NCBI RefSeq assembly: GCF_963921235.1
Contig: NC_086118.1
Coordinates: forward strand, 26,910,001 to 26,974,000
DNA: 64,000 bases
Reading direction: 5' to 3'
Source of the DNA: Mobula hypostoma
Lineage: Eukaryota
Shown here: piece by piece, positions 24,399 through 36,149 of the stretch
Layout of the letters: each line of letters opens with the position of its first letter
Numbering within the stretch: the first letter of the stretch is position 1
The notes under the pieces: model-generated
The model's database searches: none
Told to the model about the DNA's origin: nothing
The model's input: the letters and a program-made list of their open reading frames with translations, nothing else
Translations under genes and position numbers: made by a program

Positions 24399-25829
24399 CA
24401 ATCCACTCAAGTAATAGACTTTCCATTTTATCCATTACTGGATGCCAACTAAGAGAGACCACTTTGCTATGAGCAGAACCAACAGTAACATCGGCAGCTT
24501 TCAAAATTCTTTCTCTCTGCGTATAAATAGTGCGAATTGTGGATGCAGCCAAGCTCAACGCGCAGACAACGTCCTTACTTTGTTCACTACGATCGAAACG
24601 CTTAATTATGTCTAGTTTTATGCTAAGTGGAACACCCTTACGAGCTCTTTTAGGCTTTTCCAATACCTTAGAACTCATCTTGTTAACGGATGCACAAAAT
24701 AAATCGAGATAAAACACGTGTTTAAGCAATGCCGGCTAGAATGCAGTTCCGGGGAGGAGCTTGGCTGTTCCGACGCGCACTGCCTTTTTTCGTGTGCTGC
24801 CTTTTTTCATAACAGTGAAAACAGGTAACTAATGTAGGTCTTTCGTAACAGCAAGGTGTCGTAAAGCAAACATTCGGAAAACGGGGGCCACCTGTAGTAC
24901 TCTTCTTGAATGAAATTGTCTCCTCTTACTGTAGCAGCCAAAGTAGCAAATGCAGTAAAGCTCTGGCTATCTGATGTTTTCTCTTGCCAGGACCCTAGTT
25001 TTTGTGTACCCTTCCCACTTACTTGGTTTACTAGAATATCCTTTATCATACACAGTAACACTGGAAAAAATAGAAGATGAATGACAAAAGTATGGATATT
25101 ATTAACAGAAATAACAAATAACTCTGGAAAATCTGCTAGTCCCCCATCATCAAGTTCATAAACATGCTGCATTTTTGGAGTTTACCTGTATAATGCTAAA
25201 ATAAACCTTTTATGAATAAAATAAAAGTGCCACCTGCAGAATTGAGCTACCCTTTTTTCATACAGAACATTCCTATTGAAATACTATTTTGAATTTTTTT
25301 CAGTAAATCGTTCAAACCCATTTAATGTTTTTTTTTTATGAAGGCCTTGGGTGTTGCTGTTGACATATTCTTCCCTGTAGTTCCCTAATCCTCAAATGTT
25401 ATTTCTTTATTTTCCTTCATTAACTATAATTGCAGTGCTTTAAGGGCACTGTATAGTTTATTCAAAATTGCTACATTCTTGTCATCCATGTCTCTATCAA
25501 GCTCACTCGCTTCACTTAAACAACAAAACAAATTTCACCATTTGTTTCTCAGATTTAGACCATAAAACCATAGGAGCAGAATTCGCCCATTTGGTCCATT
25601 GAGTCTGCTCTGCTATTCCATCATGGCTGATTTATTATCCCTTTCAAATCATTCTCCTGCTTCCTCCCTGAAATCTTTGACGTCCTGATTAATTAAGAAC
25701 CTATCCACCTTAAACATAACATTTCTTCTTGCTGTCTATAGTTTGGCAATTTGTGCATCATCTTTTTGCAGCTCTTGATTAAAGATGGCATAATCTCAAA
25801 CTTAGCATCCTTGGTCCAGAAAGGACATC

Positions 25830-26112
25830 ACGAAAGCGTAGCGTGTTGCGCAGTGCTCTAACCGCTCAGGACATTGGAGTTTAGAGTTCAATTGCGATGC
25901 GCCTGTACAAAGTTTGTACGTCCTGCCTGTGAGCTTGTGGGTTTCCTCCAGGTGCTCCGGTTTCCTCCCACATTCCAAATACATACTGGTTAGTAGGTTA
26001 ATTGGTCATTGTAAATTGTCCTGTGATTAGGCTAGGGTTAAATGGGTGGATTTCTGGGTGGTGCGGCTCGCTAGGATGGAAGGGCCTGGTTTGCATTGTA
26101 TCACTAAATAAA
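25830..26112 (+). mobile_element. V-SINE
   Basis: V-domain GGGTTTCCTCCAGGTGCTCCGGTTTCCTCCCACA, degenerate tRNA-like head and A-rich tail. Confidence 0.85.
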
Positions 26113-26143
26113 AATGAAGATAAAGGAATAAAGATTTGATGCA

Positions 26144-26369
26144 AACAACAGGAATTCTGCAGATGCTGGAAATTCAAGCAACACACATCAAAGTTGCTGG
26201 TGAACGCAGCAGGCCAGGCAGCATCTATAGGAAGAGGCGCAGTCGACGTTTCAGGCCGAGACCCTTCGTCAGGACTGACGAAGGGTCTCGGCCTGAAACG
26301 TCGACTGTGCCTCTTCCTATAGATGCTGCCTGGCCTGCTGCGTTCACCAGCAACTTTGATGTGTGTTGC
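26144..26369 (-). mobile_element. Fold-back Penelope-like mini-element with 14-bp TSD
   Basis: AAAGATTTGATGCA at 26130-26143 and 26370-26383. 95-bp inverted arms (26178-26272 and 26275-26369, one mismatch seen) plus a 34-bp unpaired tail. Confidence 0.95.
26240..26277 (-). ncRNA. Minimal type I hammerhead ribozyme (PLE-associated)
   Basis: CAGUC-CUGACGA-AGGGUCUCGGCCU-GAAA-CG-UC/GACUG with a 5-bp helix I. A second core lies on the plus strand at 26275-26307 but lacks an adjacent helix I 5' strand. Confidence 0.82.
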
Positions 26370-26615
26370 AAAGATTTGATGCAGTGAATGGTCCTGTGTG
26401 ATAGAATGTGGGAGGACCTTTTATTCAGGAGTCTTCAGTTATGCTGTTCTAGTGATATTAATTAAGATAATGGTCAGAAGAAAGATTTGTGGTCGAAACT
26501 TAAAACCAGATTGCAATAACTCGGAATTCCTCCTGTATCTGAGATGAGATGAACACATGTAGGTCAGAGAATGACCATGAGGTGGTGCCACTGGACCATA
26601 TTTCTAACAAACAGT

Positions 26616-27945
26616 GAATTGAATTGAACTCTCTTTATTTCTTACATCCTTCACATGATGAGTAAAAATCTTTACGTTATGTCTCTGTCTAAATGTACAA
26701 TGTGCTATCATAGTAATTAATAATAACTTATAATAAATAGAACAGTCAATGTAAGTTAGAAATACACTCAAATCAGTGTGAGTTAATCAGTCTGATGTCC
26801 TGGTGGAAGAAGCTGTCCTGGAGCCTGTTGGTCCTGGCTTTTATGCTGTGGTACCGTTTCTCGGATGGTAGTAGCTGGAATAGATTGTGGTTGGGGTGAC
26901 TCGGGTCCCCAATGATCCTTCGGGCCCTTTTCTCCCACCTGTCTTTGTAAATGTCCTGAATCATGGGAAGTTCACAACTGCAGATGCTCTGGGCTGTCCA
27001 CACTACTCTCTGCATAATCTTGCAATTAAGGGAGGTACAGTTCCCATACCAGGCAGTGATGCAGCCAGTCAGGATGCTCTCAATTGTGCCCCTGTAGAAA
27101 GTTCTTGGGATTTGGGAGCCCACACCAAACTTCCTCAGCCATCTGAGGTGAAGGAGGCGCTGTTGTGCCTTGGTGTGTACAAACCACGTGAGATCCTCGG
27201 TGATGTGAATGCCGAGGAGCTTGAGGCTTTCTACCCTCTCAACCCCAGATCCATTGATGTCAATAGGGGTTAGCCCATCTCCATTCCTTCTGTAGTCCAC
27301 AACCAGCTCCTTTGTTTTTGTGACATTGAGGGAGAGGTTGTTTTCTTGACACCTCTGTCTCAGAGAGATGACTTCTTCCCTGTAGGCCATCTTGTTATTG
27401 TTTGAGATTAGGCCAATCAATGTAGTGTCGTGGCAAATTTAATTAGCAGCTTAGATCTGTGGATGGTGACACAGTCATGGCTATACAGGGAGTAAAGGAG
27501 GGGACTTAGTACACAGCCCTGAGGGGCTTCTGTGTTGAGAGTCAGAGGGGTGGATGTGAAGGAGCCCACTCTTACCACCTGCCGGTGATCTGACAGGAAG
27601 TCCAGGATCCAGCTACGCAAGGCAGGGTCAAGACTGAGGCCTCTGAGCTTCCTGTCGAGCCTGGAGGGAATTGAATGCTGAACTGTAGTCCAAGAACAGC
27701 ATTCTCACATAAGCATCCTTCTTCTCCAGATGTGTAAGGACAGTATGTAGAGCAGTGGCTATTACGTCATCTGTCGATCAGTTGTGTCCTTAGGCGAATT
27801 GTAGGGGGTCCAGTGTGGGTGGCAGCATGCTGCAGATGTAGTCCTTGACCAGCCTCTCAAAGCATTTACTTATTATTGAGGTGAGTGCGGCAGGGCACCA
27901 ATCGTTTAAACATGTTACCTTGGCCTTTTTTTGGTACAGGACAAT
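26616..27945 (-). mobile_element. Rex1/Babar-clade LINE 3' portion
   Basis: WILDFLS, APQGCVLSPLLYSLYSHDC, NNLSLNVTKTKELVVDYR and ESILTGCITAWYGN. Confidence 0.9.
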
Positions 27946-28687
27946 AGTGGATGATATGAGCAGAAATAAAAATCAGGAGTAAGAGTAGAATGCTCAACTG
28001 CTTGAGCTTCCTCTGCCATTTCATGAAATTATGGCTGATTGGATTGTAACCTCAACTCCACGTTCTTGTCTAGCAGTAACCTTTCACCTATTGCTTCATG
28101 AGAAGCTATCCGTCTTGGCCTTAAACAAAAGAACATTATGATATTGTACTCACTGCCCCAGATGAGAGTTCAGATGACTTGTATCTCACTGAGTGAAAAC
28201 TTAAATTCTACAGAAAGAGGAAATGTAGGTCATAGGTTATAAAGGGTAATAAAGGTTTTACATACGGTGATGATGATTGTCCATCGTGTCTGACAATGAA
28301 ATGAAACCCGTGCAAGGGGAGATTTTAAAGTTGCTCTGGGGCAGATTTCTCTTGATCTCAGAAGTCTGGGTCCCAATGTGTGAACAAGCATCACAAACTT
28401 GGTTGCAGTGGATAACCATGACTTCTGTGCCTTGACATGCCTTTCACTCTCCACGGAGCGTTGCAGTGCTGCTTTCTGGCCATTGGACCTCACTGTAGAT
28501 CTCATCCGCCCCGTCTGCCAGAGCTGACTTCACATGCTAGGGCAGGCATGCCCCTATCTCACTGGGGTATTTGTATAATAAAATGAAAGTTCTGGATGAC
28601 AAGTAGCATATTATGTACCGAGATCTGTTTATTGTACTTGGTTATAGAGGTAGATGTTTTGATACTGAATACAACATTTGTGAAGAT

Positions 28688-30790
28688 CAAACACAAAGTG
28701 CTTGAAGAACTTAGCATCTATGGAGGGGAATAAGCAGTCAATGTTTCAGGCAGAGACCCTCCATCAGGATTGGAAAGGAAGGCGTCAGAAGCCGGAATAA
28801 GAAGAATTGCTGGTGGGGTGGGAAGGAGACCAAGCTGGCAGGTGATGCCGGGTAAGGGGGAAGGTGGGTCGGTGGGAGAGGAGGATGAAGTAAGAAGCTG
28901 GGAGGGGTTAGGTGGAAGTGATAAAGGGCTGAAGAAGAAGGATCGACTCTGGTGACCTTCCATCTTCTGGCACCAGTCTCATGGTCCCCATATCCTGAAC
29001 TACTGATTTCTACTTCCATCCCACCATTCACAAACCTAACTGTCCCAGTAGGCTCATCATTTCAGCCTGCTTCTGCTACACTGAAATTGCGTCTGCATAC
29101 CTGAACTCCATTTTGCCCTTCTTGCTTCAGTTTCTCCCTTTCCACATTCATGACATTTCCTATGCTCTTCGTCACGTCAATAACTTTCAGTTCTCTCGCC
29201 TACATTGCCTTATTTTCATTGAGGATGTCCAATCCCTGTACACTCCCCCTCCCCAATCAAGAAGGCCTTAAACCCTCTGCTTCTTTTCTTGATAACAGAC
29301 CCAATTAGTTCCCCACCACCACCCCCTTCCATCTGGCAGAATTGGTTCTCATCCTTATCAATTTCTCTTTCAGGTCCTCCTCCTTTCTCAAAATTAAAGG
29401 TGTAGCCGTAGGCACTGGTATGGGTCCCAGCTATGCCTTCCTTTTTGTCGGCTATGTGGAGCAGTCCATGCTCCAAGCCTAGACTGGTAACGCGCCCCAA
29501 CTTTTTCTCCTATCTCTTGATGTCTTCATTGATGCCACTTCCGGCCCCAATGCTGAGCTCATCAATTTCAACAATGTTTTCTCCAACCTTTACCCTGCCC
29601 TCAAATTGTCTTGGTCCATCTCTGACACTTTCTCCATCTGGACACAGACTATCCAAATATCTTTTATAAACTTACTGACTCTCACGGTTATCTTGACTGA
29701 ATCTCTTCCCATCCTGTCACTATTCCTTCTTTCATCTCTGTCGCATCTGTTCTCAATATGAGGCTCTTTATTTACCTGAATGTCCCCTCTTTACAAAGAA
29801 ACAAGTTTCCCTTCCACTACCATCGATGCTGCCCTCACCTGCATCTCTTCCATTTCCCACACATTTGCCCTTACCCCAGTCTACCGTCGGCATAACAGGG
29901 ATGGAGTTCCCATTGTTCTTACCTACCACCCCATGGGCCTCCATGTCTAGCGATTATTCACTGTATCTTCCGCCAACTCCATTGCGGATCCTACCATTGG
30001 GAACATCTCCCCTCTCTCCCACCCCCCTCCTCTCTACTTTCCATAGGAATTGCTCTCCACGTGACTCCCTTGTCCACCCGTCTCTCCCTTTCGATCTCCT
30101 TGCTGGCACTTATCCCTGCAAACGATAAATGCTCCACCTGCTCCTACACCTCCTCCCTCACCATCATTCAGGGCCCCAAACAGTCCTTCCAGTTGCAGCT
30201 ACACTTTACCTGCATATCTGTCAGGGTTATCTATTGTACCTAGTGCTCCCAGTGCAGCCTCCTCTCCATTGGCGAGACTCAATGCTGAATGGGGGACAAC
30301 TTTGAGCACTTTTGCTGTCCCCTTCAAAAAGCAGGATCTCCTGGTGACCACCTATTTTAATTTGACTTCCCATTCCCATTCTGACATGTCTGTTCACAGA
30401 CTACTCTACTGCCACGATGAGGTCAAGCTCGGGTTGGAGGAGCAACACCTCATATTCCATCTGGCAGTCTCCAACATGATGAGCATTGATCTCTCCAAAT
30501 TCCAGTAATCTCTCCCCCATCCCTCCTTCTCTTTTTTTTAATCTATTTCCCATTCTAATTATCCTCTTCACCCCTTCTCCTCACCTGCCCATCAGCTCTC
30601 TTCTGGTTCCCCTCCTCCATCCATTTCTTCCATGGTCCAGTGTCCTCTCCTATCAAATTTCTTCTTCTTCAGCCCTTTACCTCTTACAGCTATCTCCTCC
30701 CAGCTTTGTATTTTATCCTCCTCCCCCACCCACCGATCTTTCCTCTCACATATCAGCTGCCGGCTTATACTCCTTCCCCCCTTCTTACTC
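28688..30790 (+). mobile_element. Decayed Penelope-like retroelement (RT + GIY-YIG) with inverted pseudo-LTR at its 5' side
   Basis: RT remnant GVAVGTGMGPSYAFLFVGYVEQSM at about 29400 and endonuclease remnant HFTCISVRVIYC...LEEQHLIFHL. 28688-28950 is the reverse-strand pseudo-LTR. Confidence 0.88.
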
Positions 30791-31844
30791 TGCAGAAAAT
30801 TTGCCAAGAACAATCATGGTCAACAGGTGGAAGACCATAGTCAGCCGTGTCTTATGACGCAGCACGTAATGATGATGCTTCATTGTAATCTGCATTCTTA
30901 ACAGTACCTTATGGTGTTCAAAAGGAAAAAAAAAATGCTGGAAGTACTCAGGAGTTAGGCAGTGTCTTTGGTGAGAGAAAGAAAGAATTGAAACAAGTTT
31001 TGTGTTGCTAAAGATGTGGAGGGAACAGTAGGAGTGAAAGCAAAGTTAGTAGTAGAGTGGAAATTAGGGTAGATTAATTGTTGTTATACTGGCTGAATGA
31101 ATTTGTATGTTTGTCTGGAGATGGTGTTAATAGGATGAAATGAATACAATCTGAAAGACCAGTGAAAGAGAGAGGAAAAATAATAGATGCTGGAAATGTG
31201 AGATACCAGATGGGGATTGCTGATATCTGAAATAGCTAAATTTGATGTTGAGTCGTAAAGCTTGTATCATTCTTGAACTTGTGTTGAATTTCAGTAGAAC
31301 AGTGTGGGAGGCTAAGCGTTTAAACCAAATGAAGATGTTCTTTGTGGTGCTGGCTTAATCTGTGTTGCTTTCCTCAGCGCCGAGGAATTCACATTTTCAC
31401 CACCTGATGTAACATATGTTCTGCCAGCTTGGTTATTTTCCCTATTTTTAGCCTCAATTCCATAAGCAACTGGCTTTATTTGGTAAACTCTGCCTTAGAC
31501 ATCCACCTGCATTTCTGCCTAAGCCATGACAAATCTGATAACTTCACCAGGATCAACTTGAAGGTTTAAAATAGGATGTTACTCTTTTCTTTCCCACTTA
31601 CATTCTACTAAATTGCCTCTTTCTCTCCTGCCCTTCCCCTTCAAGTGCGTGAAGCTGCTTTGAGTCATGATATGAAGTGACGTATGGGTGATATTCAACA
31701 GGTCATACCGTAAGTGTGGAGAAGGAAATAAATATATTAATTCAGTTAAATAAGAATTAATCAATAATGAAGAAATGAAACAAATGAATAAATGCCGACA
31801 CCACTTATTGTTGGCCGAATCAAAGGTGAAGACAAATTCGCATT

Positions 31845-32785
31845 TAGGAGGGAGATTGAAAATTTGGCTGAATGGTGCCACCAAATGGTGACATCTCTCA
31901 CTCAATGTCAGCAAAACCAAAGAGCCGATTATTTACTACAGGAGGAGGAAACCATAGGTCCATAAGCTAGACCTCATCAGGTGATCGGAGGTGGAGAGGG
32001 TCAACAGCTTTAAACTCCTTGGCGTTATCATTCGCAGGATCTGTCCTGGATCAAGTACGTAAATGCCATTACAAAGAAGGCATGGCAGCACTTCTACTTT
32101 CTTAGAAGTTTGTGAAGACTTGGCAAATCATTTAAAACTTTGACAAACTTGATAGACATGCAGAGGAGAGTATACTGACTGGTTGCATCACGTCGTGGAA
32201 TGAAAACACCAATGTCTTTGGATGGAAAAGTCTCCAAAAAGTAGTGGATATAGTGCACTCCATCAGAGGTAAGGCCCTCCCACCATCAACCACATCTAAA
32301 AGGAGACTGTCGCAGGAAATCAGCATCCATCATCAAGGACCCCCACCATTCAGGTCATGCTCTCTTCTTGCTGTTGACATTAGGAAGGAGATACAGGAGC
32401 CTCAGGTCCCACATCGCCAGGTTCAGCAACAGTTATTACCCCCTCAACCATTAAGTTCTTGAACCAGGATGGATAACTTCACTTTCCCCAACATGGAACT
32501 AATTCCACGAACTATGGACTCACTTTCAAGGACATGTTCTTGGTTTTTATTGCTTATTATTTATTATTATTATTTTGCTTTTTTCTTCTTTTGTGTGTTG
32601 CACAGCTTGTTGACTTTCGCACATTGCTTCTTTGTCCGTCTTTATTGTGTGCAATTTTTCATTGCCTCTGTCGTCTGTGTATTTATTGTGAATGTCCACA
32701 TCAAAATGATTCTCATGGTTGTATATGGTGAGATATATGTACTTTGTTCATAATTTTATTTTGATGTTTGACTTAACTTTGAATA
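31845..32785 (+). mobile_element. Rex1/Babar LINE 3' fragment
   Basis: LSLNVSKTKE and ESILTGCITSW remnants with a T-rich 3' UTR. Confidence 0.8.
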
Positions 32786-33405
32786 AATTTTCAGGTTGTG
32801 TTTATTGCTGTTTTGGATGGAAATCCTACTTCAGGATTGAGAGAGAAAAGCAATATTGTCAGAATATAACAGTCCAAGCAAGGGCATGGACAGAGGTTGA
32901 TAGGTGGAATTAGATGACAAGGGAATGATAGGCTGGTGGGATCAGGTTGTGGAGGAGTAGGGTGTGAAGCAAGCAGCGAAAATGAACAAAGGGTGAAGAA
33001 AACTGCCTGAACGGGTGAGTGTGGGTGGGAGATCATTGGGGTGTGACTTACCTGAAATTGTAAAAATTCGATGTTGAACTCATGCTACCCATGGAATCTG
33101 AGATATTCATCCAGCAGCCTGCATGGAAAAGGCTGAGGCTGGTGTAATATATTCCTCAACACTTCGGAGCATGTTGCTCTGAAATCATCGATCATCCACT
33201 CTGGGCCACAGCTTTCATTGGCAGTAGTTGCAATCTGCAGGGTACTTGGAGTGGTTGTGTGTAGTCAGGGTCTGCTTTAGTTCAGACAGACTGTGCATTC
33301 ACAGATCAGCTTCAACATTCGGTGAGGTCCCAATCCACAGGCTCACCCTCCAGCTGTCAAAGGTGTGCCATTACTAAAAATTTGTGAATATCTTATTTTC
33401 AAATA

Positions 33406-34222
33406 CAGTGGATTCCGGTTAATTGGGACACATTGGGATCAGTACATTTTGTCCCAATTAGCCAGAGTTTCCCGAAAATAGTTAAAAAGGTATAAAAAAG
33501 ACAAACTACCATTTAACTGAGTAACAAATTGTGTATTAAAATGAAATACAGAACAGATTAAAACACCATCAATGCTAGTACATTATTATAAAATTATGTA
33601 TTAGTTTCTAATAGTTATTGATGGTGGAATTCATCCAGTGTATGTTGCCGCATTCTATTGATTGACAGTAATTAAACAAGATCAGCACAGACACTTAGTG
33701 CAGATAACGGACTGCCTTCACACAATGCTTCCAACGACTGCATCCTCCAGGTATTCGTTTTCATGGCAGCATTCAAGATGAGTGTTGATATCTTCAAATT
33801 CTTTGTAGTTCCTAACTTATTGAAGTATGTAATTGTTGTATTTTCACTCCCAGCTGTTTCTAATATGAACGTTTGAAACTGCAGAGAGCAAAACAGTTTT
33901 GAAGTGTCCTACTGTTTATTTCTTGCCAACTACCAGTTAACAAAAATCACTGCTTTTTGAGCATACGCACGTGCAACCGACGCTACTTAAAAACTGTTCA
34001 CTCTAAGCAAGATGTAGTCTCAATGGCCACACGAGTACACATGTCTCATATTAGATGGAAACTGTTCAGCAAGAGTCTTCTGTCCCAATTGAGCAGCAAT
34101 AGCATCCCAAATAAATGAGGGGAATCCTGGCTATTTTCTTACTTAGTTTTTGTTCTTTAAGAGTTGTCCCAAATAAATGGCTGCCCTGATTAACCGATGG
34201 CCCAATTAACCAGAATCCACTG
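33406..34222. mobile_element. Non-autonomous pogo/Tigger-type element (817 bp)
   Basis: TIRs CAGTGGATTCCGGTTAATTGGG and CCCAATTAACCAGAATCCACTG match 21/22; TA on both flanks. Confidence 0.92.
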
Positions 34223-34828
34223 TATTCAAGAAATATGGGACTTGCTTTTAAAAATAACATTGTTATTTCTGCCAAAATAAGGAAAAATTAGGAACTGGAA
34301 AGTTTTTAAGAAGTGTATTGTTTAAGATCTTTGCAAACTTCAATTCCTCTGCTGTATTCCTTGACCATGAGAGGCTGCACACCTAAACAAAGGAGGAAGT
34401 ACTATGTTACCTTCGTTTGATGTGCCGCTGTTGCTGCTGAAAGGTCTTGGCTCTGAATCTCGGATAGCCAGTGTCAGTAAATAATATCAGAAATATCAGC
34501 AAACTGCATTAGTAGTAGTGATAACAAAACTTAATAGAGCTTTAGCCTCAGTAAGGCGAGTTAATTTTCTCACAATTACTGGATCTGAATGCATTATAGA
34601 CTTCTGTTCATGGAAAGAGTCAATATTTTTGCTGTTGTACTGCACTAGGGTGTGGTCACTGGAAACAAGTATATCTAAAGTTTTATTGGCATTGCTGAAG
34701 TTTGAGAAAGAATAGTCTCTTTTACAATTTGGCAGTTTTGCATATTTTGATCCTTATTTGCAGGACACTTGTGACTCGCACTGTTCTTTCTTTGTTTTTG
34801 ATGAAACCCTTTGAGCAGACTGTATATA

Positions 34829-35297
34829 CATTGGTGTCAATGGCCACTTTATTAGATACACCTGTACACTTGCTGTTATTGCAAATATCCAATCAGCCAA
34901 TCATTTGGCAGCAATTCAATATATAAAAGCTTGCAAACATAGTTAAGAGGTTCAGTTGTTGTTCAGACCAAATATCAGAACAGGAAAGAAATGTGATCTA
35001 AGTGACTTTGACTGTGGAATGATCATTGGTGCAAGATGGGGTGGTTTGAGTATCTCAGAAACTGCTGATCTCCTGGAATTTTCATGCACAACAGTCTCTA
35101 GAGCTGACAGAAAATGGTGCAATGAACAAAACTAGTTTTAGCTGACAGGAAAGCAACAGTAATTCAAAAAACCACATATTACTACCGTGGTGTACAGAAG
35201 AACATCTCTGAATGCATAACACCTGGAATCTCGAAGTGGGTGGGCTATCGCAAAAGATCATGAACATACTCTTGAGTGGCCACTTTCTTTGGAACAG
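34829..35297 (+). mobile_element. Non-autonomous Tc1-family element (partial)
   Basis: Same internal sequence as 42621-43188 (KKCDLSDFDCGMIIGARWGGLSISETADLLEFS). Confidence 0.8.
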
Positions 35298-36149
35298 GAT
35301 GTTTTATCCTATTTAAAATATCATCGGAGCATGGAGGTGCAAAGAGGTAATGTTGTATTGCATAAATTTAGGATTTAGGCATTTGGTAGTTTTGTTCCTG
35401 TGTTACCAGAATAACTTGTCAAAGATTCAGTTACAGTTAGAATTTAAAAGAAAATTCCTTCTCTTCAATATAACTTAAATTAGGCAACAAATTAGAGATA
35501 AGTTTGTCCGATATGTTTATACAGATACTAATATCAAGCAAAAGCCATTTCTTTCCAAAAATGTTTGAAATTTGGTATGCTTCAGGATTTTAACATCAAC
35601 GTTGCCAATTTACAAACTTCTATTAACTGCGTTTGAAATGATTTTCAGAGGAAGAACATGCAATTCATCTACCAAGTAGAGGTACTTTATAGCACATGTA
35701 TTTGAAAATTGCTTTTGCATTAATGCAGGTTACACCATTGTTACAGTATTACAATATTTCATTTGCAGACCTATTGAGTCCTTGGAGCTAGTGAGCAGCT
35801 AGGCACCAGATAAAAAGAAACCTGACAGGGCTACTGTCCGTCCTAGACTGATGTATTTTACAATATAATAGACAATAGACATTAGGTACAGGAGTAGGCC
35901 ATTCGGCCCTTCGAGCCAGTACCGCCATTCACTGTGATCATGGCTGATCTTCCACAATCAGTACCCTGTTCCTGCCTTCTCCCCAGACCCCTTGACTCCA
36001 CTATCATTAAGAGCTCTATCTAACCCTTTCTTGAAAGCATCCAGAGAATTGGCCTCCACTGCCTTCTGAGGCAGAGCATTCCTTCTTTCTTATTTTGCTC
36101 CATCAGCCTGTCTCTCAGTCTCCTCATTGAACCCATAGAGGCTTTGTCA

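Larger units (their letters stand above)
23388..24894 (-). mobile_element. Second internally deleted copy of the Tigger-like element
   Basis: Ends CAGGTTTCCCCC and GGGGGCCACCTG followed by TA. Encodes MSSKVLEKPKRARKGVPLSIKLDIIKRFD...MESLLLEWI (CENP-B-type HTH). Shares its subterminal region with 930-1355. Confidence 0.88.

Noticed and set aside
26178..26369. DNA-transposon MITE or miRNA gene interpretation of the hairpin
   Set aside because: The arms are PLE pseudo-LTR sequence, the element has an asymmetric tail, and TSDs across copies are 10-14 bp. There is no evidence of a conserved miRNA.
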